This document shows, in pieces, positions 21,185-35,882 of a stretch of DNA of 64,000 bases. The position numbers were made by a program, and so were the translations under genes. Under the pieces are notes generated by a model. The model was given only the letters and a program-made list of their open reading frames with translations, had not been told where the DNA came from and ran no database searches. Position 1 is the first letter of the stretch; each line of letters starts with the position of its first letter. Origin of the DNA: Candidatus Latescibacterota bacterium (lineage in GTDB: Bacteria > Latescibacterota > UBA2968); contig OZ240241.1 of the NCBI GenBank assembly GCA_965198115.1, positions 7,840,001 to 7,904,000 of the forward strand. Reading direction: 5' to 3'.

Positions 21185-24010
21185 CGCCGGGAGACTGATA
21201 TGTTCAGAAATCTGCCAATCAGAACAAAGTTGCTCCTGTCACTCCTGCTCGTGGGGTTGGCATCGATCCTCGTAACAGGGACGCAGAGCTATTGGGATGC
21301 CCGGGAAGCGTTGCGCGAGGCCACGTTCAAGCAGCTCGCCGGCATCAGGGAGACGCGGAGTCGACAGATCCAGGATTACTTCCACCGTGTTCGGAACGAG
21401 ACGGTCGTCATGGCGCAGGGCAAGGCGATAGCCGAGGCGATGGTGCGATTCTCCGACGCTTTCGACAACATCGGCGAAGACGGAGAGACCGGGCAGCAGG
21501 AAGCGAAGCTCCGCTCCTACTACCAAGACCGATTCCTGCCCACGGTGAATTCGGAGCGCGGTGGATCTCTTTCCCTTGGGAACGTGATACCTCGGACGCA
21601 GGCAGGAATCTTGCTCCAATCCGCCTACGTTCTAGAGGATGTCCAGACCCGCGATGCCAGGCTCAAAAACTATGAACTGGTCCACGACGGCTACCACTCA
21701 ATGCTTGAGAGCATCAATACCAAGATCGGCTTCTACGACATCCTGCTTGTCGACTACGAGACGGGCGTCGTTGTTTACTCCGTGCTGAAAGAAACGGACT
21801 TCGCGACAAACCTCTACAATGGACCCTACGCCGAAACCCACATCTCGGAAGCCTTCAATAAAGCGGCGGCATCACGGAACGATGGATCGACCCATCTCGT
21901 CGATTTTAGGCTCCATCCCCCATCCAAGATGCACCCGGCCAGCTTCGTAGCATCTCCCATCTTTCGAAATGGTGAGAAAGTAGGTGTCCTCGTCGTTCAG
22001 ATCGACATCCACGACATCAACACCACAATGACGAGCGACGGCCAATGGGAAAAGGAAGGTCTCGGTGCATCTGGGGAGACGTATTTCGTCGGCGATGATT
22101 TCACCATGCGAAACGACTCGCGCTTCTTCATCCAGACACCGCTCGAGTTTTTTAAGATCCAGAAAAGCAGAGGTGTCGATCGGTCTTTATTGGAAGCCAT
22201 GAAATCCAACGGCACGACGATCAGCCGCCAGCGTATCCGAACAGAGGCCACCGCGAGTGCCCTTAACGGCGAGACAGACACCCGCATTGTCGAGGATTAC
22301 CGAGGCGTTCCGGTCATCAGCGCTTTCGCACCCCTGGAGATCGACAACCTGACGTGGGCGATCGCCGCGGACATGGACGTGGCCGAAGCCTTCGCGCCCG
22401 TAACCTCGCTCCGCGACAGTCTCCTGATCGAGGGCTTGGGGCTTTCCATCGCCATCCTTCTGATCGGCTTGTATGTGTCGGGAACCCTGTCCAAACCAGT
22501 TCTGCGCCTGAGTCACGCCATCGAGGCGTATGCAGCAGGAGAGCGTAACCAGCACGTAGAAGCCACGTCGAATGACGAAATCGGGTCCCTCACACAGGCG
22601 TTCAACCGTCTGATCGAGGATCTGTCGACGCGCGACACGGAAAGAAACCGAGCGGAAGAGGAGTTGAAAGAATTCGCGCGACAGGCCGAACTGCGCACGG
22701 GGGAACTGCAAGACCTGACAGAGGCGACGGAAGCACGGGCATTCGAGGAATCCAGCCTCGCTGCCCTGACGTCACAGCTGCAAGGGAACTTCCCCGTTGG
22801 GGAGGTCGCCGAGCGGGCGCTTGGTGCTATCACCGAATTCACTGGGGCGCCTGTCGGTTCCCTATACGTTCTCCAAGACGACGAGCGGCTACACCGAATC
22901 GCCTCACACGCACTGCCGCCCGAGGCCGAATCCCTGACCTCTTTCGCGCAGGGGATGGGAAGTGTAGGGCAAGTTGCACGGTCGGAGAAACTCTCCATTC
23001 ACGTACCACCAGAAGGCACTTACCCGATCTCCTTCGGTTTCGGCAGCGCTGCCGCAAACCAGATCGTAACCGCTCCTCTCGTCTCGAGCAATGAACTGGC
23101 CGGCGTCATCGAACTCTGCCTTCTCGAGGCCATCTCGCCGGATCATTTACGCTGGCTGGAGAAGGCGTGTGAAATCACCGCCGCAGCATTGCGGTTAGCC
23201 CAGGAAACGAACGAGCGTGAACAGGCGGAAGAGCGTACCCGTCTGATCCTCGAGTCGAGTGGCGAAGGCATCTTCGGCCTGGATGTGGAAGGACGGGCTA
23301 CGTTCGTCAATCCCGTAGCGTGCGAGATGCTGGGCTATGACCCGGATGAACTGATCGGTCAATCGACCCACGAACTGATTCAACACTCACGAGAGGACGG
23401 TACACCCTACCCCGTCGAGGAGTGCCCGATGCAGGCGGCGTTCACGACCGGCGTCGTCACGACGATCGACGACGAGGTCCTCTGGCACAAAGACGGACAC
23501 CCGATCCCGGTCGAATACACGGCTACACCGATCAGGAAGGACCGGGACCTGATCGGCGCCGTCATCAGTTTCCGTGACATCACCGAGCGCAAAGCGGCCG
23601 AGGAGATGGTTCGTCGAAAGCAGGACGAGCTGCAGGAGCTGTTCGACACGAGCCCCATCGGCGTCTGTATTACGACAGAGGGTGTCGTGCGCTACACAAA
23701 CGCGCGACTGGAGGAACTAGTCAGGCTGAAAGTCGGTGACGCGACGCCCGACGTTTACGTGAATCCCGAAGATCGCGATCGCCTGACGGCGGCGCTGGCC
23801 GAGAACGATATCGTCAGCGAATTCGAGATCCAGCATTGGAGCCCCGAAGGTGAGGCCAAGGACTTCCTGGCGACATACCTGAAAACAGAGTACGAAGGCA
23901 AGGCCGGCATTCTGTCGTGGATCGTGAACATCACGGAAAGAAAGGCCGCTGAAAGGGCGATGGCTGAAGCGAAGGAAATCGCCGAGGCAGCTGCCCAAAC
24001 CAAGGCGGAT

Positions 24011-24042
<32 letters not shown>

Positions 24043-25116
24043 GCCCATGAACGCCGTCATCGGCATGTCGCATTTGGCATTGAGAACCGACCTCGATGCC
24101 AAGCAGCGCGACTACGTACACAAGATCCACACCTCCGGCCAACATCTTCTCGGAATCATCAACGATATCCTCGACTTCTCGAAGATCGAAGCCGGAAAAC
24201 TCGATATCGAAACAGTCGACTTCGATTTTGACAGCGTGTTGGACAACGTCGGCAACCTGGTCGGCGAAAAGGCCTCCGACAAGGGCCTGGAACTCATCTT
24301 CGACGTCGAGCCCGACTTCCCCAGAGCGCTCAGGGGGGACCCCCTGCGGATTGGGCAAGTGATCATCAACTACTCGAACAACGCCGTCAAGTTCACCGAA
24401 GAGGGCGAAGTCTTCGTCCGAGCGAAGGTGGCGGAGGACCGCGGTAACGAACTACTCGTGCGGTTCGAGGTCCAGGACACAGGGATCGGTCTGACGCCCG
24501 AACAGAAGGGTCGACTCTTCCAATCCTTCCAGCAGGCCGATACGTCGACCTCTCGGAAGTACGGTGGTACGGGGCTCGGGTTAGCCATCTCCAAGCAGCT
24601 TGCCGACATGATGGGAGGGGAAGTCGGTGTCGAGAGCGAGCACGGTGTCGGTAGCACTTTCTGGTTCACCGCCCTCCTCGGACGCGGTGTCGAGCAGAAA
24701 AAGCTGCTCCTCCCCGATCCTGATCTGCGGAATCGTCGCGTTCTCGCCGTCGACGACAACGCCTACGCACGAGAAATCCTGTCGGAAACCCTCAAAAGCA
24801 TGTCTTTCCATGTCGACGTGGCCTCGAGCGGCGAAGAAGCATTGGAGACTATACAAAAGGCTGACGAATCCGGGGGACCCTATGAGATTCTGTTCATCGA
24901 CTGGCACATGCCCCCCGGCATCGACGGTGCGGAAACCGTCCGACAGATGAACGACCTCGGGCTGAAAACCGTGCCGCATCCTGTCATGGTCACCGCGTAC
25001 GGAACGCACGAGGTGACTGAGGCGGCTGAGGCAGCGGGCATCGAGACGACGCTCACTAAGGGTTTGCCACGAAATAAGTGCTGCACTTTTCAAGGTAATG
25101 ATCTTACGCTCGGAGT

Positions 25117-26326
25117 GTGGACGTCGAAACTCTCCGAACGAAGTATGAAGCCTTGGCTCCGGTGCTGACGGAACGCACGCGTCGTCTGTGGGCCGCCACG
25201 GAAGCCGAAGCGTTGGGTCACGGTGGGATCGCGATTGTGGCTCTGGCGACAGGAATGTCCAGAGAGCGGATCTTTCGTGGCATTCAGGAGTTGAGGTCGG
25301 ACGAACCTTTGGACCCGGCTCGCATCCGGCGTCCAGGCGGCGGTCGTAAGCGGAAGGCCGACACGGACCCGACGCTGTGGCAGGACCTGAATGATCTGGT
25401 CGAGCCAACGACTGCGGGGTCGCCTGACGACAATCCTCTGAGATGGACATCGAAGAGCACTCGCAAACTGGCCGCCGAGTTGCAAGCGATGGGGCATTCG
25501 GTGAGCCCCAGGATCGTTGCCAATCTCCTGCACGAACACGATTACACGCTGCAGGCGAATCGGAAGACAAGGGAGGGATCTGCACACCCGGATCGGGACG
25601 CTCAGTTCGTTTACCTCGATGATCGGATTAGCCAGCAGCAGCAGCAGGGCCTTCCCGTTATCTCGGTGGACACCAAGAAGAAAGAGTTGATCGGCGACTT
25701 CAAGAATCCTGGCCGAGAATGGCGACCCAAGGGAGACCCGGAGCGTGTGAAGGTACACGATTTCATAGTGCCTGCTCAGGGCAAGGCGATCCCTTATGGA
25801 GTGTATGATCTGAGCCGTGATGAAGGCTGGGTAAGTGTCGGTATCGATCACGACACGGCCAGCTTCGCCGTGAATGCGATCCGAAGTTGGTGGAAGAACA
25901 TGGGACGGCCCGCCTACGGCACTTCGACGCATCTGCTAATCACGGCGGACGCAGGCGGCAGCAACGGCGCCAAGACGCGGCTGTGGAAGTGGGAGCTGCA
26001 GCGCTTTGCGAATCGCACTGGCCTGACGATCACCGTATGCCACTACCCTCCTGGCACTAGTAAGTGGAACAAGATCGAACATCGCCTGTTCTCCTTCATC
26101 GCTATGAACTGGGCGAGGCAAGCCCCTGGTCAGCCTGGCTGCAACCGTGAATCTCATTGCCGGAACGACCACTCAAGCCGGTCTCCGAGTACGCTCCGAG
26201 ATCGACAAGCGACCCTACCCTAACGGGGTCAAGGTGACCGATGAACAGATGACCCAAATCGATCTCACTCCGCACGATTTCCACGGCGACTGGAACTACA
26301 CGATCCGGCCAATGGCTCAACATTGA
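25117..26326 (+). pseudogene. ISAzo13-family transposase, frameshift near 26112
   Basis: RRPGGGRK, WTSKS, ISVDTKKKELIG, PYGVYD, TADAGGSN, PPGTSKWNKIEHRLFS; C-terminus HDFHGDWNYTIRP in another frame. Confidence 0.92.
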
Positions 26327-26344
26327 GATCGACCGTTTATTTAT

Positions 26345-27771
26345 GGCTCTATCCGGGTTTCTCAACGGTGAAACTATAGAATGACAAGGTCATAGATCGT
26401 TCCCTACGCTTGGTTGTGTGTGTAGGACAATCAAAGCGAAGGGGGTGCGACCTATGACCGGGAGCAGATTACTATCGAAACTGCTGAGATTCAAGGGGTT
26501 CCGTGTTGTCAGCTGGTGGTTTGAGGGGAGAAGCTGCTTCGTCATCGCCGTAAAGCCACATAAGAATGGTTGTTGTTGTCCGGAGTGCGGCCGTCGAGGT
26601 AAAATCGTCCGCACAATGCCCCATCCGCGTCGGTGGCGTGACATTCCGGTGTGCGGGTGGAGGGTCTGGCTTCTCTACCATCCTCGGGAGATTCGGTGTC
26701 CTACCCACGGTCGTGTGGTCGAGGAGATTCCGTGGGCGGAGCGGTTCTCTCGGGTGACGTATCGCTTCGAGTATGCCATGCTGCGCTACTGCCAGACCAT
26801 GACGCAGAAGGCGGCGTCCGAGTTACTGCGCATCTCTGCCTCGACGCTGTCGGATCTCCTTCACCGATCCATCACGCGGCTTCGTGAAGGTCATCGTATC
26901 CGAGGGCTCAAAACCATCGGGATCGACGAGATCTCCTACGCCAAGCGTCACAGGTACGCCACGCTCGTTTACGATCTGGACCGCTCCTGCGTGGTGTGGG
27001 TTGGCCGCGGCAGGGCGCGTAAAACGATCGATCGGTTCTTCACAGAGGCTCTCAGTCCCTACCGGAGATCCAAGATCGGGTGGGCCTGCTGCGACATGAG
27101 CGAAGCTTGAAGCTTACATCGGAGCCATCCAGGAACACTGTCCGAATGCCAAGCTGGTCCTCGATCGCTTTCACATCGTCAAGGCTCTCAATGCCGCCGT
27201 TGACGAGGTCCGTAAGGACCAGTGGCGTAAAGCTGCCCCGGATGAGCGCAAAGCCATGAAGGGCCTCCGATGGCTCCTCTACCGGCACTCAGCGACACGC
27301 TCCAGAGGGGATACTCGGACACTCAAAGCACTGGAGAAGGCGAACTACCGAATCTATAGAGCCTGGAGACTCAAGGACGAGTTCGAGCAGTTCTGGGAAT
27401 ACAAAGCGCCCTGGGCTGCCGAACGCTTCCTGAAATGCTGGACGACGTCCGCACTCAGAAGTCGACGTGAACCCCTGCGAAAGTTCGTCAGGACCCTGCG
27501 ACAGCACTTCTTCGGCGTCCTCGCATTCGTGAACACGCGTCTTACCAACGCCATCGCCGAAGGCCTCAACCGAATCGTCCAAATCGTCAAGAACCGAGCC
27601 AGCGGATTCCGCACACTCGACGCATTCAACGATATGATCTTCCTTACCGTCGGAGACATAAACATCCCTGAGCAGATTCCGAAGAGGTTCCGCACACTCT
27701 AACCGCGCCCCCATGCCAGGAACCACGGCACCTTCACCCACTTCATCTCGTTGAGAGATCCGGATATAGCC
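26345..27771 (+). mobile_element. ISL3-family element, copy A (transposase broken by a 7-bp duplication)
   Basis: IRs ggctctatccgg / ccggatatagcc; 8-bp TSD TTATTTAT; gaagctt duplicated at ~27102-27115 (1427 bp versus 1420 bp for the other copies). Confidence 0.95.
26418..27702 (+). pseudogene. ISL3 transposase, frameshifted
   Basis: CPECG zinc finger, GIDE, CDM, DRFH and TNAIAEGLN split over two ORFs. Confidence 0.92.
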
Positions 27772-29076
27772 TTATTTATTCGCGAACCCTAAGCCCGTCA
27801 ACGCCTCCCTGTTGTTCGATGCAGCTGTCGTGGCGCTGGGCGGTGAATCCACTCAAACGGACGTCGCCCTCGAACAGGGCGTCTCCCCCGAAGAGCTCGA
27901 ACCCATCAGGGGCGCCCACATCCTGCTTGCCGAGGACAACGCCCTGAACCAGCAGGTCGCGTCCGAACTCCTCACGGATTCGGGCTTCATCGTCGACGTT
28001 GCCGAAAACGGCGAAGAAACCCTTCGCATGCTGGCCGAAGAGGGCTACGACGTGGTGCTCATGGACGTCCACATGCCCATCATGGACGGTCTCGTCGCTA
28101 CCAAGAAGATTCGCGAGCAGGAAAAGTTCGCTGACCTACCCATCCTAGCCATGACGGCCGGTGCCATGCAGTCGGACAAGGACCAGTGTGACGAGGCAGG
28201 GATGAACGATCACATTGTCAAACCGATCGACCCTGCCCAGCTATTCGGCACCCTTGTAAAATGGATCAAACCCGGCGAACGCCAATCCGCGGAGGCATCT
28301 GAGCCGACCGATGACCGTAGGGGCGGATTGTCATCCGCCCAACCACCCGATCACGCATTCGACGACGCGGTGCCATCAACGCCCACAAACGGTCCGGCGG
28401 CAGGAGGCCTCGAAACGGTACCTGGCCTCGACGTCGAGGCTGGCGTCAAACGGGTGATGGGTAAACGAGACTTCTACGACAGACTCGTGCGAGACTTCAT
28501 CACTGGTGAAGAGGCGATGGCGGTTGAGAATGTTCGAAGGCAACTGGCTGACGGGGATCGCGAGGCCGCAGAGCGAACCGCCCACTCTTTGAAGGGTGTA
28601 GCCGGGACGCTCGGAGCGGACGAGCTACAGAAGCGTGCAGCCGAACTTGAGACGGGCATCAAAGACCAGCGGGATGAATCTGAAATCGAATCGTTCCTTG
28701 AAAGTGTGGGCGAGGAGATGGTCCGACTGTCGACAGCCATCAAAAACGTCCTTGAGATACCGGTGAAGGATCAGCCGTCCTTCGCCAAAGCTGCCGATCT
28801 ATCGCCCGATGTCGTCGCCAAACTGCCAGAATTAGTAACAGACCTCAAAGAGCGCGAGTCACTCATCCCCGAACTGCAGGCCGGTATGTCGATCAACGAC
28901 ATCGAGTCCTTCGCCGGTGAGATCTGCGCCCTCGGGAAGACCTACGCTTACCCACCCCTTATCGAGTGGGGAGAGCATCTGAACGACGCAGCACAGATGT
29001 TCGACATGGACAAGATTGGCGAACAGTTGGGTGAATTCGACCAGCTCTCGAAAGCAATCGAAGAGATCCTTTAGAA

Positions 29077-31175
29077 ATGAGCACTCCCCTGACCGATAGT
29101 ATTTCGACGACAGGCACCAAAACCTACGTCTTGCTGGCTTGTGCCATCGGACTGATCGGAATCGGGGGTGTCTATAACGCAGCGAGTCTCGTCGACGCGG
29201 AGAGAGAGATCGAGGGGATTGACCACATCCGCATTCAGATGCTGATGTGTCGACGGCACGAGAAGGATTTCATCGCCCGTCGGGATACAAGTTACGTGCG
29301 GAAACACGTGGGGGCCTTCCAAAGCCTCTCGCGGGAGGTCGCCCAACTCGAGAACTCGACCTCTCTGTCGTTCACACCCTTGTTGGAGAGTTACAACGCG
29401 TCATTCCAGGCGGTCGCAGATGGGATTGTCGAGATCGGTCTGACCGAAAATGAGGGTCTGAGAGGCGAACTCAGAGCAGCGATCCACGATGTCGAGAGGT
29501 CACTGAACGCCATCGGTAACACCGATCTCCTGACCCGGATGCTGATGTGTCGACGCTACGAAAAGGACTTCCTCATCCGCAGTGATGCTCGCTCCGTCGT
29601 CCGGTTTACGCAGAGCGTCGATGGCCTTCTGGCAGAATCGAATCAGATGAATCTCGTCGTAGATGGCCAACCCCTATCCGACAGAATCGAACATTACCGC
29701 GAGGCGTTCAATGACCTCGTCGAAATCGTCGAAAGGGTCGGCTCCCACAAAGACACCGGACTGCGCGGAGAGATGAGACACGCCATACATCGTGTCGAAT
29801 CGTCGATCGCGACCCTAGACCAGATCGCTCAGACAGATCGGTACCAAAACGCGATCAGGATGGTCGTTTTACTCCTTCTACTTGGTGCACTCCTGGTGAT
29901 GTCGACCGTTCTCCTTTTCAAGATCTCCCGAATGAATACAGCTCTCAGCACAGAAGTGGCGTTCCGCAAGGAAGCGGAGATCTCTCTGGCTCGGGCAAAC
30001 GAAACCCTTGAGCAACGCGTCAGAGATCGGACACAGGAACTGAAGACCGCGAAGGACCAGGCCAAAGATGCACTTTCACGTGCCGAGAAGGCAGGACAAG
30101 CCAAGAGTACGTTTCTTGCCAACATCAGCCACGAAACCAGAACGCCGCTCAATGCCATCATCGGGGTCGGACATCCTCGAGGATTGCTCGGAACCGAAGA
30201 GCAGAGGGGCCACCTGAGAAGCATCCGGGAAAGCGGCCAAGTACTCCTCAGCCTCATCGGAAGGATTCTGGATTTCTCCCGCTTCGAATCCGAGGACATC
30301 TCACTCGAGCCGGTGAGCATCGATATCATCGACCTATTCACCGACCTCGAAACCCGCTATAGACCGGGTGCCGAAGCCAAGAATATCGAATTCAGCGTCG
30401 ACCTCGACCCTGAAATGCCCTCGGCTGTTGAACTGGATCAGAATCGCTTCCGGCAAATCCTGGACAGTCTCGTCGACAACGCCGTCAAGTTCACGGCCAC
30501 CGGGACGATCAGCATCGCGGCCCGCTCCGCCGTTTCCTCAGGGGATGCCTCCAGGGCCGATCTGAGCTTCGATGTGCAGGATTCGGGTGTCGGCATTCCG
30601 GAGGACCAACTCGAGGAAATCTTCGAACCCTTCACGCAGCGTGCGGGGCAAAGCATCAACGATTACGGGGGCACCGGAATGGGTCTGGCACTGACCGTGC
30701 GGCTCGTCGAGGCGATGGGCGGCACGATCCGGGTGACCAGCCAGGTGGATGTTGGCAGCACCTTCCACGTCCTGTTGCCGGACGTGCCGATCGACTCTTC
30801 CAAAACCGTCGGCGACGCGATGGCCGAGCAGGCCGATGGCGATGAAGCTGCACTCGAGGTCGATGCGTCATCGCTGTCTGGGTACCCTCGAATCTGGATG
30901 ACGGCGTTCGATCCAGGCTATCTGAGCTGGCCGTCATCCTCGATGAAAGAGCCGCGGGTTGTGATCAACTGTCCGAGACACAAACGATCAACGAAGTGGA
31001 AGCATTCGCTGAGGAAATGAAACAGCTTGCCATTCGCTTCGAATATCCGCCCCTCGTTGAGTGGTCGGAAACCCTCGCTGAGCAGGTCGTCACGTTCGAC
31101 ATGGACGGAATGTCGACCTCTCTTCAAAACTTTCCGCTCGTCATCACGACCCTGAAGGCTTTGAACGTGGCATAG
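29077..31175 (+). CDS. sensor histidine kinase with a duplicated helical periplasmic domain and C-terminal Hpt-like domain (frameshift near 30885)
   Basis: Two MLMCRR(H/Y)EKDF repeats, ANISHETRTPLN, DNAVKFT, YGGTGMGL; C-terminal INEVEAFA..YPPLVEW..FDM in a shifted frame ending at TAG 31175. Confidence 0.85.
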
Positions 31176-31252
31176 CCGAGCCGTCGTTAGCCGGCTGCAA
31201 TATCGGTTGAGAACGTAGGTTTCAGCATAACACCGCTGGGTGTAGCCACCTG

Positions 31253-33366
31253 ATGCTCGAAGAAAAGACCATATCCTGGAAGCGCTATGCTTCCGAGACA
31301 GCACTACTCGCACTCGCTTATTTTGTGTTTGCGCGTCTTGGACAGACGATGGCCATCCCACCCGGCAACGTCACGGCCGTATGGCCTCCCTCTGGTCTCG
31401 CGCTAGCCGCCTTCCTCCTGTGTGGGAACCGAGCCTGGCTGGGCACATTCATCGGCGCTTACCTAGCGAACAACAGTTTTTTCGACTATACGACTACAGA
31501 TCTTGCAATCCGCTCGATTTCCGTCGGCACAGTGATCTCCATCGGATCATTCCTCCAACCACTTGTGGGTCGATTCCTTCTTGTCCGATATGACGGGGAA
31601 CATCCACTCAGAACCGTAGGAACATTCCTGAGGTTCTGCACGATCGTCCCAATGATGTGTCTTGTGAGCGCATCCTTCGGCAGTACAGGTCTGTGTGTCG
31701 GTGGGTTCGCCGCGGTGGAAGCCTGGAGCGAGCTCTGGTTTACGTGGTGGTTGGGCGATTCGGTCGGGGTTTTCGTGGTCGTCCCATTCGTGATGGCCTG
31801 GCACGTCGATCGGCGCAACTTCCTCGGAACCGTTCGGAAAGTCGAGGCTGTGGGCCTTCTCGTCGCGATCGTCCTAAGCAGCCTTATCGCATTTACGTCC
31901 ATCTTTTCTTCGGAGACGAAGGGCTACCCTCTCGAGTTTCTGCCGCTCCCTTTTCTCCTTTGGCCAGCGCTGAGGCTGGGAACCAGGGGCGCGGCGACAT
32001 CGATTCTGTTGGTGGAAACGATCGCCATCCTTGGGACGGCCTCACGACAGAGTCCGTTCATCGTAGAATCGGCTAACCACTCCCTCATACTTCTTCAGCT
32101 GTTCATTGTCGTGATTACGATGACCGTCATCGTTCTGTCCATCTTCGTGGAACAGAATCGAAGGGCGGAACGCGCACTGCAGGCCGCTCACGATGAACTC
32201 GAGCAGCGCGTCAACGATCGAACACTCGAGCTGTCCGAGGCTACCAAACAAGCGGAGCGGGCAGCACACGAAGCCACAGCGGCCAATCGTGCCAAGAGTG
32301 TGTTCCTCGCCAACATCAGCCACGAAATCCGCACGCCCCTGAACGCGATCCAGGGGTTCGCCGAAATTCTCGCCCGGAGAATCGCCGATCCTCAGCAGAA
32401 CGATTACGTACAGTCTATCGACTCCAGCTCGAAGACACTCCTCGAATTGATCGACAACATCCTCGATCTTACCCGGACGGACTCCGGCGAGCTGGAACTT
32501 GCAAAACAGCCCATCAGCACCGTGAAGCTTTTCAGCGACCTCGTAGACCAGTATGGACCGCTGGCCAACCACAAGGCCATCACATTCAACGTCGAGGTTG
32601 ACCCCGGCCTACCGCAGGTCATCAGGGGCGACGACCGGCGACTCTACCAGATCCTCTCGAATCTCGTCGACAACGCAATCAAATTTACCGGGTCCGGTCG
32701 GGTTTCGGTCAAAGCACGCGGGATTGTCTCAGAGCGTGCAAGGGGCCACATCGATCTGGTCGTCGAGGTCGAAGACACGGGAATCGGCATCCCCGAGGAG
32801 GAGCGCGATCGCATCTTCGGCGCGTTCAATCAGAAAAGCGATCAAAGCATCAACGAATACGGCGGTACCGGGCTCGGGCTCGCGCTGACCCAAAGACTGG
32901 TAGAAATGATGGGCGGACGAGTAGACGTAACAAGCGAAGTAGGTGTCGGAAGCAGTTTCAAAGTGACGGTCCAATCCGTCGAAGTGATCGATCCCTCGAC
33001 GGTTGCTGAGCTGGAAGCCGGAGACGACGCCTCGACTGCCGAGCTCACTGAAGCGTGGGCATCCGAGGACCTGACGGATGAAGCCCGTCGGCGGCTGCCC
33101 GATCTCCTGAGCTTCCTGGAGGCCCAGACCACCACGTGTGAAGAGCTCACATCAACATTGACCATCAACGAAGTAGAGCACTTCGCATCGGCCATGACCG
33201 AGAAAGGTGCGGAGCACCACTACCCTCCGCTCACGGTTTGGGCGACACGCCTCTCGCGTCAGGCGGAAACGTTCGACATGGTAGGACTGGCAGAGTCCTG
33301 AAACGCTTTCCACAGCTCGTCGTCGCAACAGCCGAACTCACGAAGAATGGGGCCGATCGTGCGTAG
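31253..33366 (+). CDS. MASE1-domain sensor histidine kinase with C-terminal Hpt-like domain (probable 1-bp deletion near 33298)
   Basis: [10 protein letters not shown] and [11 protein letters not shown] (MASE1), [20 protein letters not shown]. The ORF stops at 33301, but the paralogous tail LKRFPQLV continues to TAG 33366. Confidence 0.88.
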
Positions 33367-33805
33367 GTGGCTAACCACAGGATGGCTTTGGTTGGAGACC
33401 CTCCAGAATTTCGTGCGCGTGGATTACGACCTCAGCAAGACGCGTTCAGCTCGACCAGTTGGTTCGCCGCACCAGGATCTCGAAACAACATTCGGAGACC
33501 CCGCGATGCTCGCTAAGGAGGCGATCGAACGCGTCGCGGAACACGCCGACGTATCGGCTCGTGTCGTTCCGATCAGCCTTATCGGAATCGGACGATGCGG
33601 TCCAATTCAGCATCCGCACCGGGCCGTCGGCCATCTCGTACGACCCGATGGACGCACTGGTCGAAGAACTCGAGAGCAGCGACAACGGCTAGATGGCGGC
33701 CAGAGGGTTTCGCATATCTCGTCTCTCGGGCCCACGAAGGCGATGTAGAAGCCGCGTCCCAGGAGGATGGCACGACGTCTCACGCTTCGTCATTAAAAGA
33801 GAGGA

Positions 33806-34828
<1,023 letters not shown>

Positions 34829-34910
34829 GGTAACTTCGTTTACGCTGAATCGGCAGATTTCTTAGATTAACAAGACTATCTATCGGACCCTCCTGCGGAA
34901 GAGGAATCCT

Positions 34911-35882
34911 ATGCCGGACGAAACAAAGGGTGATCGCGTTCTGATCGTCGACGATACGCCCCGAAACATCCAGGTTCTCGGAACCATCCTCAAAGACCAG
35001 GGCTACCAGATCAACGTCGCGCAGAACGGATTGCAGGCGCTCGACGTTGTGACCAAGGTGACCCCCGACATTATCCTTCTCGATGTGATGATGCCCGAGC
35101 TCGATGGCTTCGAGACGTGCAAACGCCTGAAAGAAAACCCTGATACGGCGGAAATCCCCGTCGTCTTCCTCACGGCCAAGGTTGAAACAGAGGACGTCGT
35201 CCACGGGTTCGAACTCGGCGCGGTCGATTACGTGACAAAGCCTTTCAACCCCACCGAGCTGCTCGTCCGCGTAGACACTCACCTCACACTCTACAAGCTT
35301 AAACGCAACCTCGAACAGCTGGTCGAAGAACGCACCGAAGAGCTTCAGTTTGCCCACGCACAGCTTCAGCAGTATGTCAAGGAACTGGAAGTGCGCGATC
35401 GGCTGACTCAATTGCAGATGAAGAGTCCCACTTTCGACGAAGCCTACGAGGCCATCCTGATAGCCATCAACGATGCCGTCGCCCCGACCGCGACAACGAT
35501 CTTCACGACGGACGACGCAGGGTCCACGCTGGTATCCGCTGCCGACCTGGGTGACGGGTCGGCGCACATTGGCGAGGCGCACACCCCTTCCCCTCCCGCT
35601 GAAGGAGATCCTGCTGCCGAGGCCTTCGCCCAGCAGAGCCCGGTGTCCAAGGACGACCACGCTGCCGTCCCTATTCTCTGCGACGAGGTAACCCTGGGGG
35701 CCGTTACCGTCACAGGCCTGTCGGCAACAGCCTCGAGCCGCAGCATCGATAAGACCGCGCTACTCGATGCGCTATGGCGTATCGTCTCGGATGGAGCTGT
35801 CGTCTTGCACAATGCCCAGCTCGCGGCAGATCTCGAATCCGGCGATCTGAACGTCGATGACCTCCTCAACGTGGACATCTGA
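34911..35882 (+). CDS. response regulator (REC, coiled coil, GAF-like)
   Basis: REC nearly identical to that of 33806; LEQLVEERTEEL coil; AVPIL..LGAVTV..LHNAQL GAF-like tail. Confidence 0.87.
   Translation: MPDETKGDRVLIVDDTPRNIQVLGTILKDQGYQINVAQNGLQALDVVTKVTPDIILLDVMMPELDGFETCKRLKENPDTAEIPVVFLTAKVETEDVVHGFELGAVDYVTKPFNPTELLVRVDTHLTLYKLKRNLEQLVEERTEELQFAHAQLQQYVKELEVRDRLTQLQMKSPTFDEAYEAILIAINDAVAPTATTIFTTDDAGSTLVSAADLGDGSAHIGEAHTPSPPAEGDPAAEAFAQQSPVSKDDHAAVPILCDEVTLGAVTVTGLSATASSRSIDKTALLDALWRIVSDGAVVLHNAQLAADLESGDLNVDDLLNVDI

Larger units (their letters stand above)
25060..27789 (+). mobile_element. ISAzo13-family element with an ISL3 inserted in its right IR
   Basis: IRs gggtttgccacgaaataa / ttatttattcgcgaaccc; TSD TAA (CTAAG context, so the boundary is ambiguous by 1-2 bp). 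Confidence 0.92.

Noticed and set aside
33347-33760. Possible small gene between the MASE1 kinase and the cyclase
   Set aside because: Protein-like stretches are split over frames with no recognisable motif or clear start, so a call cannot be supported.
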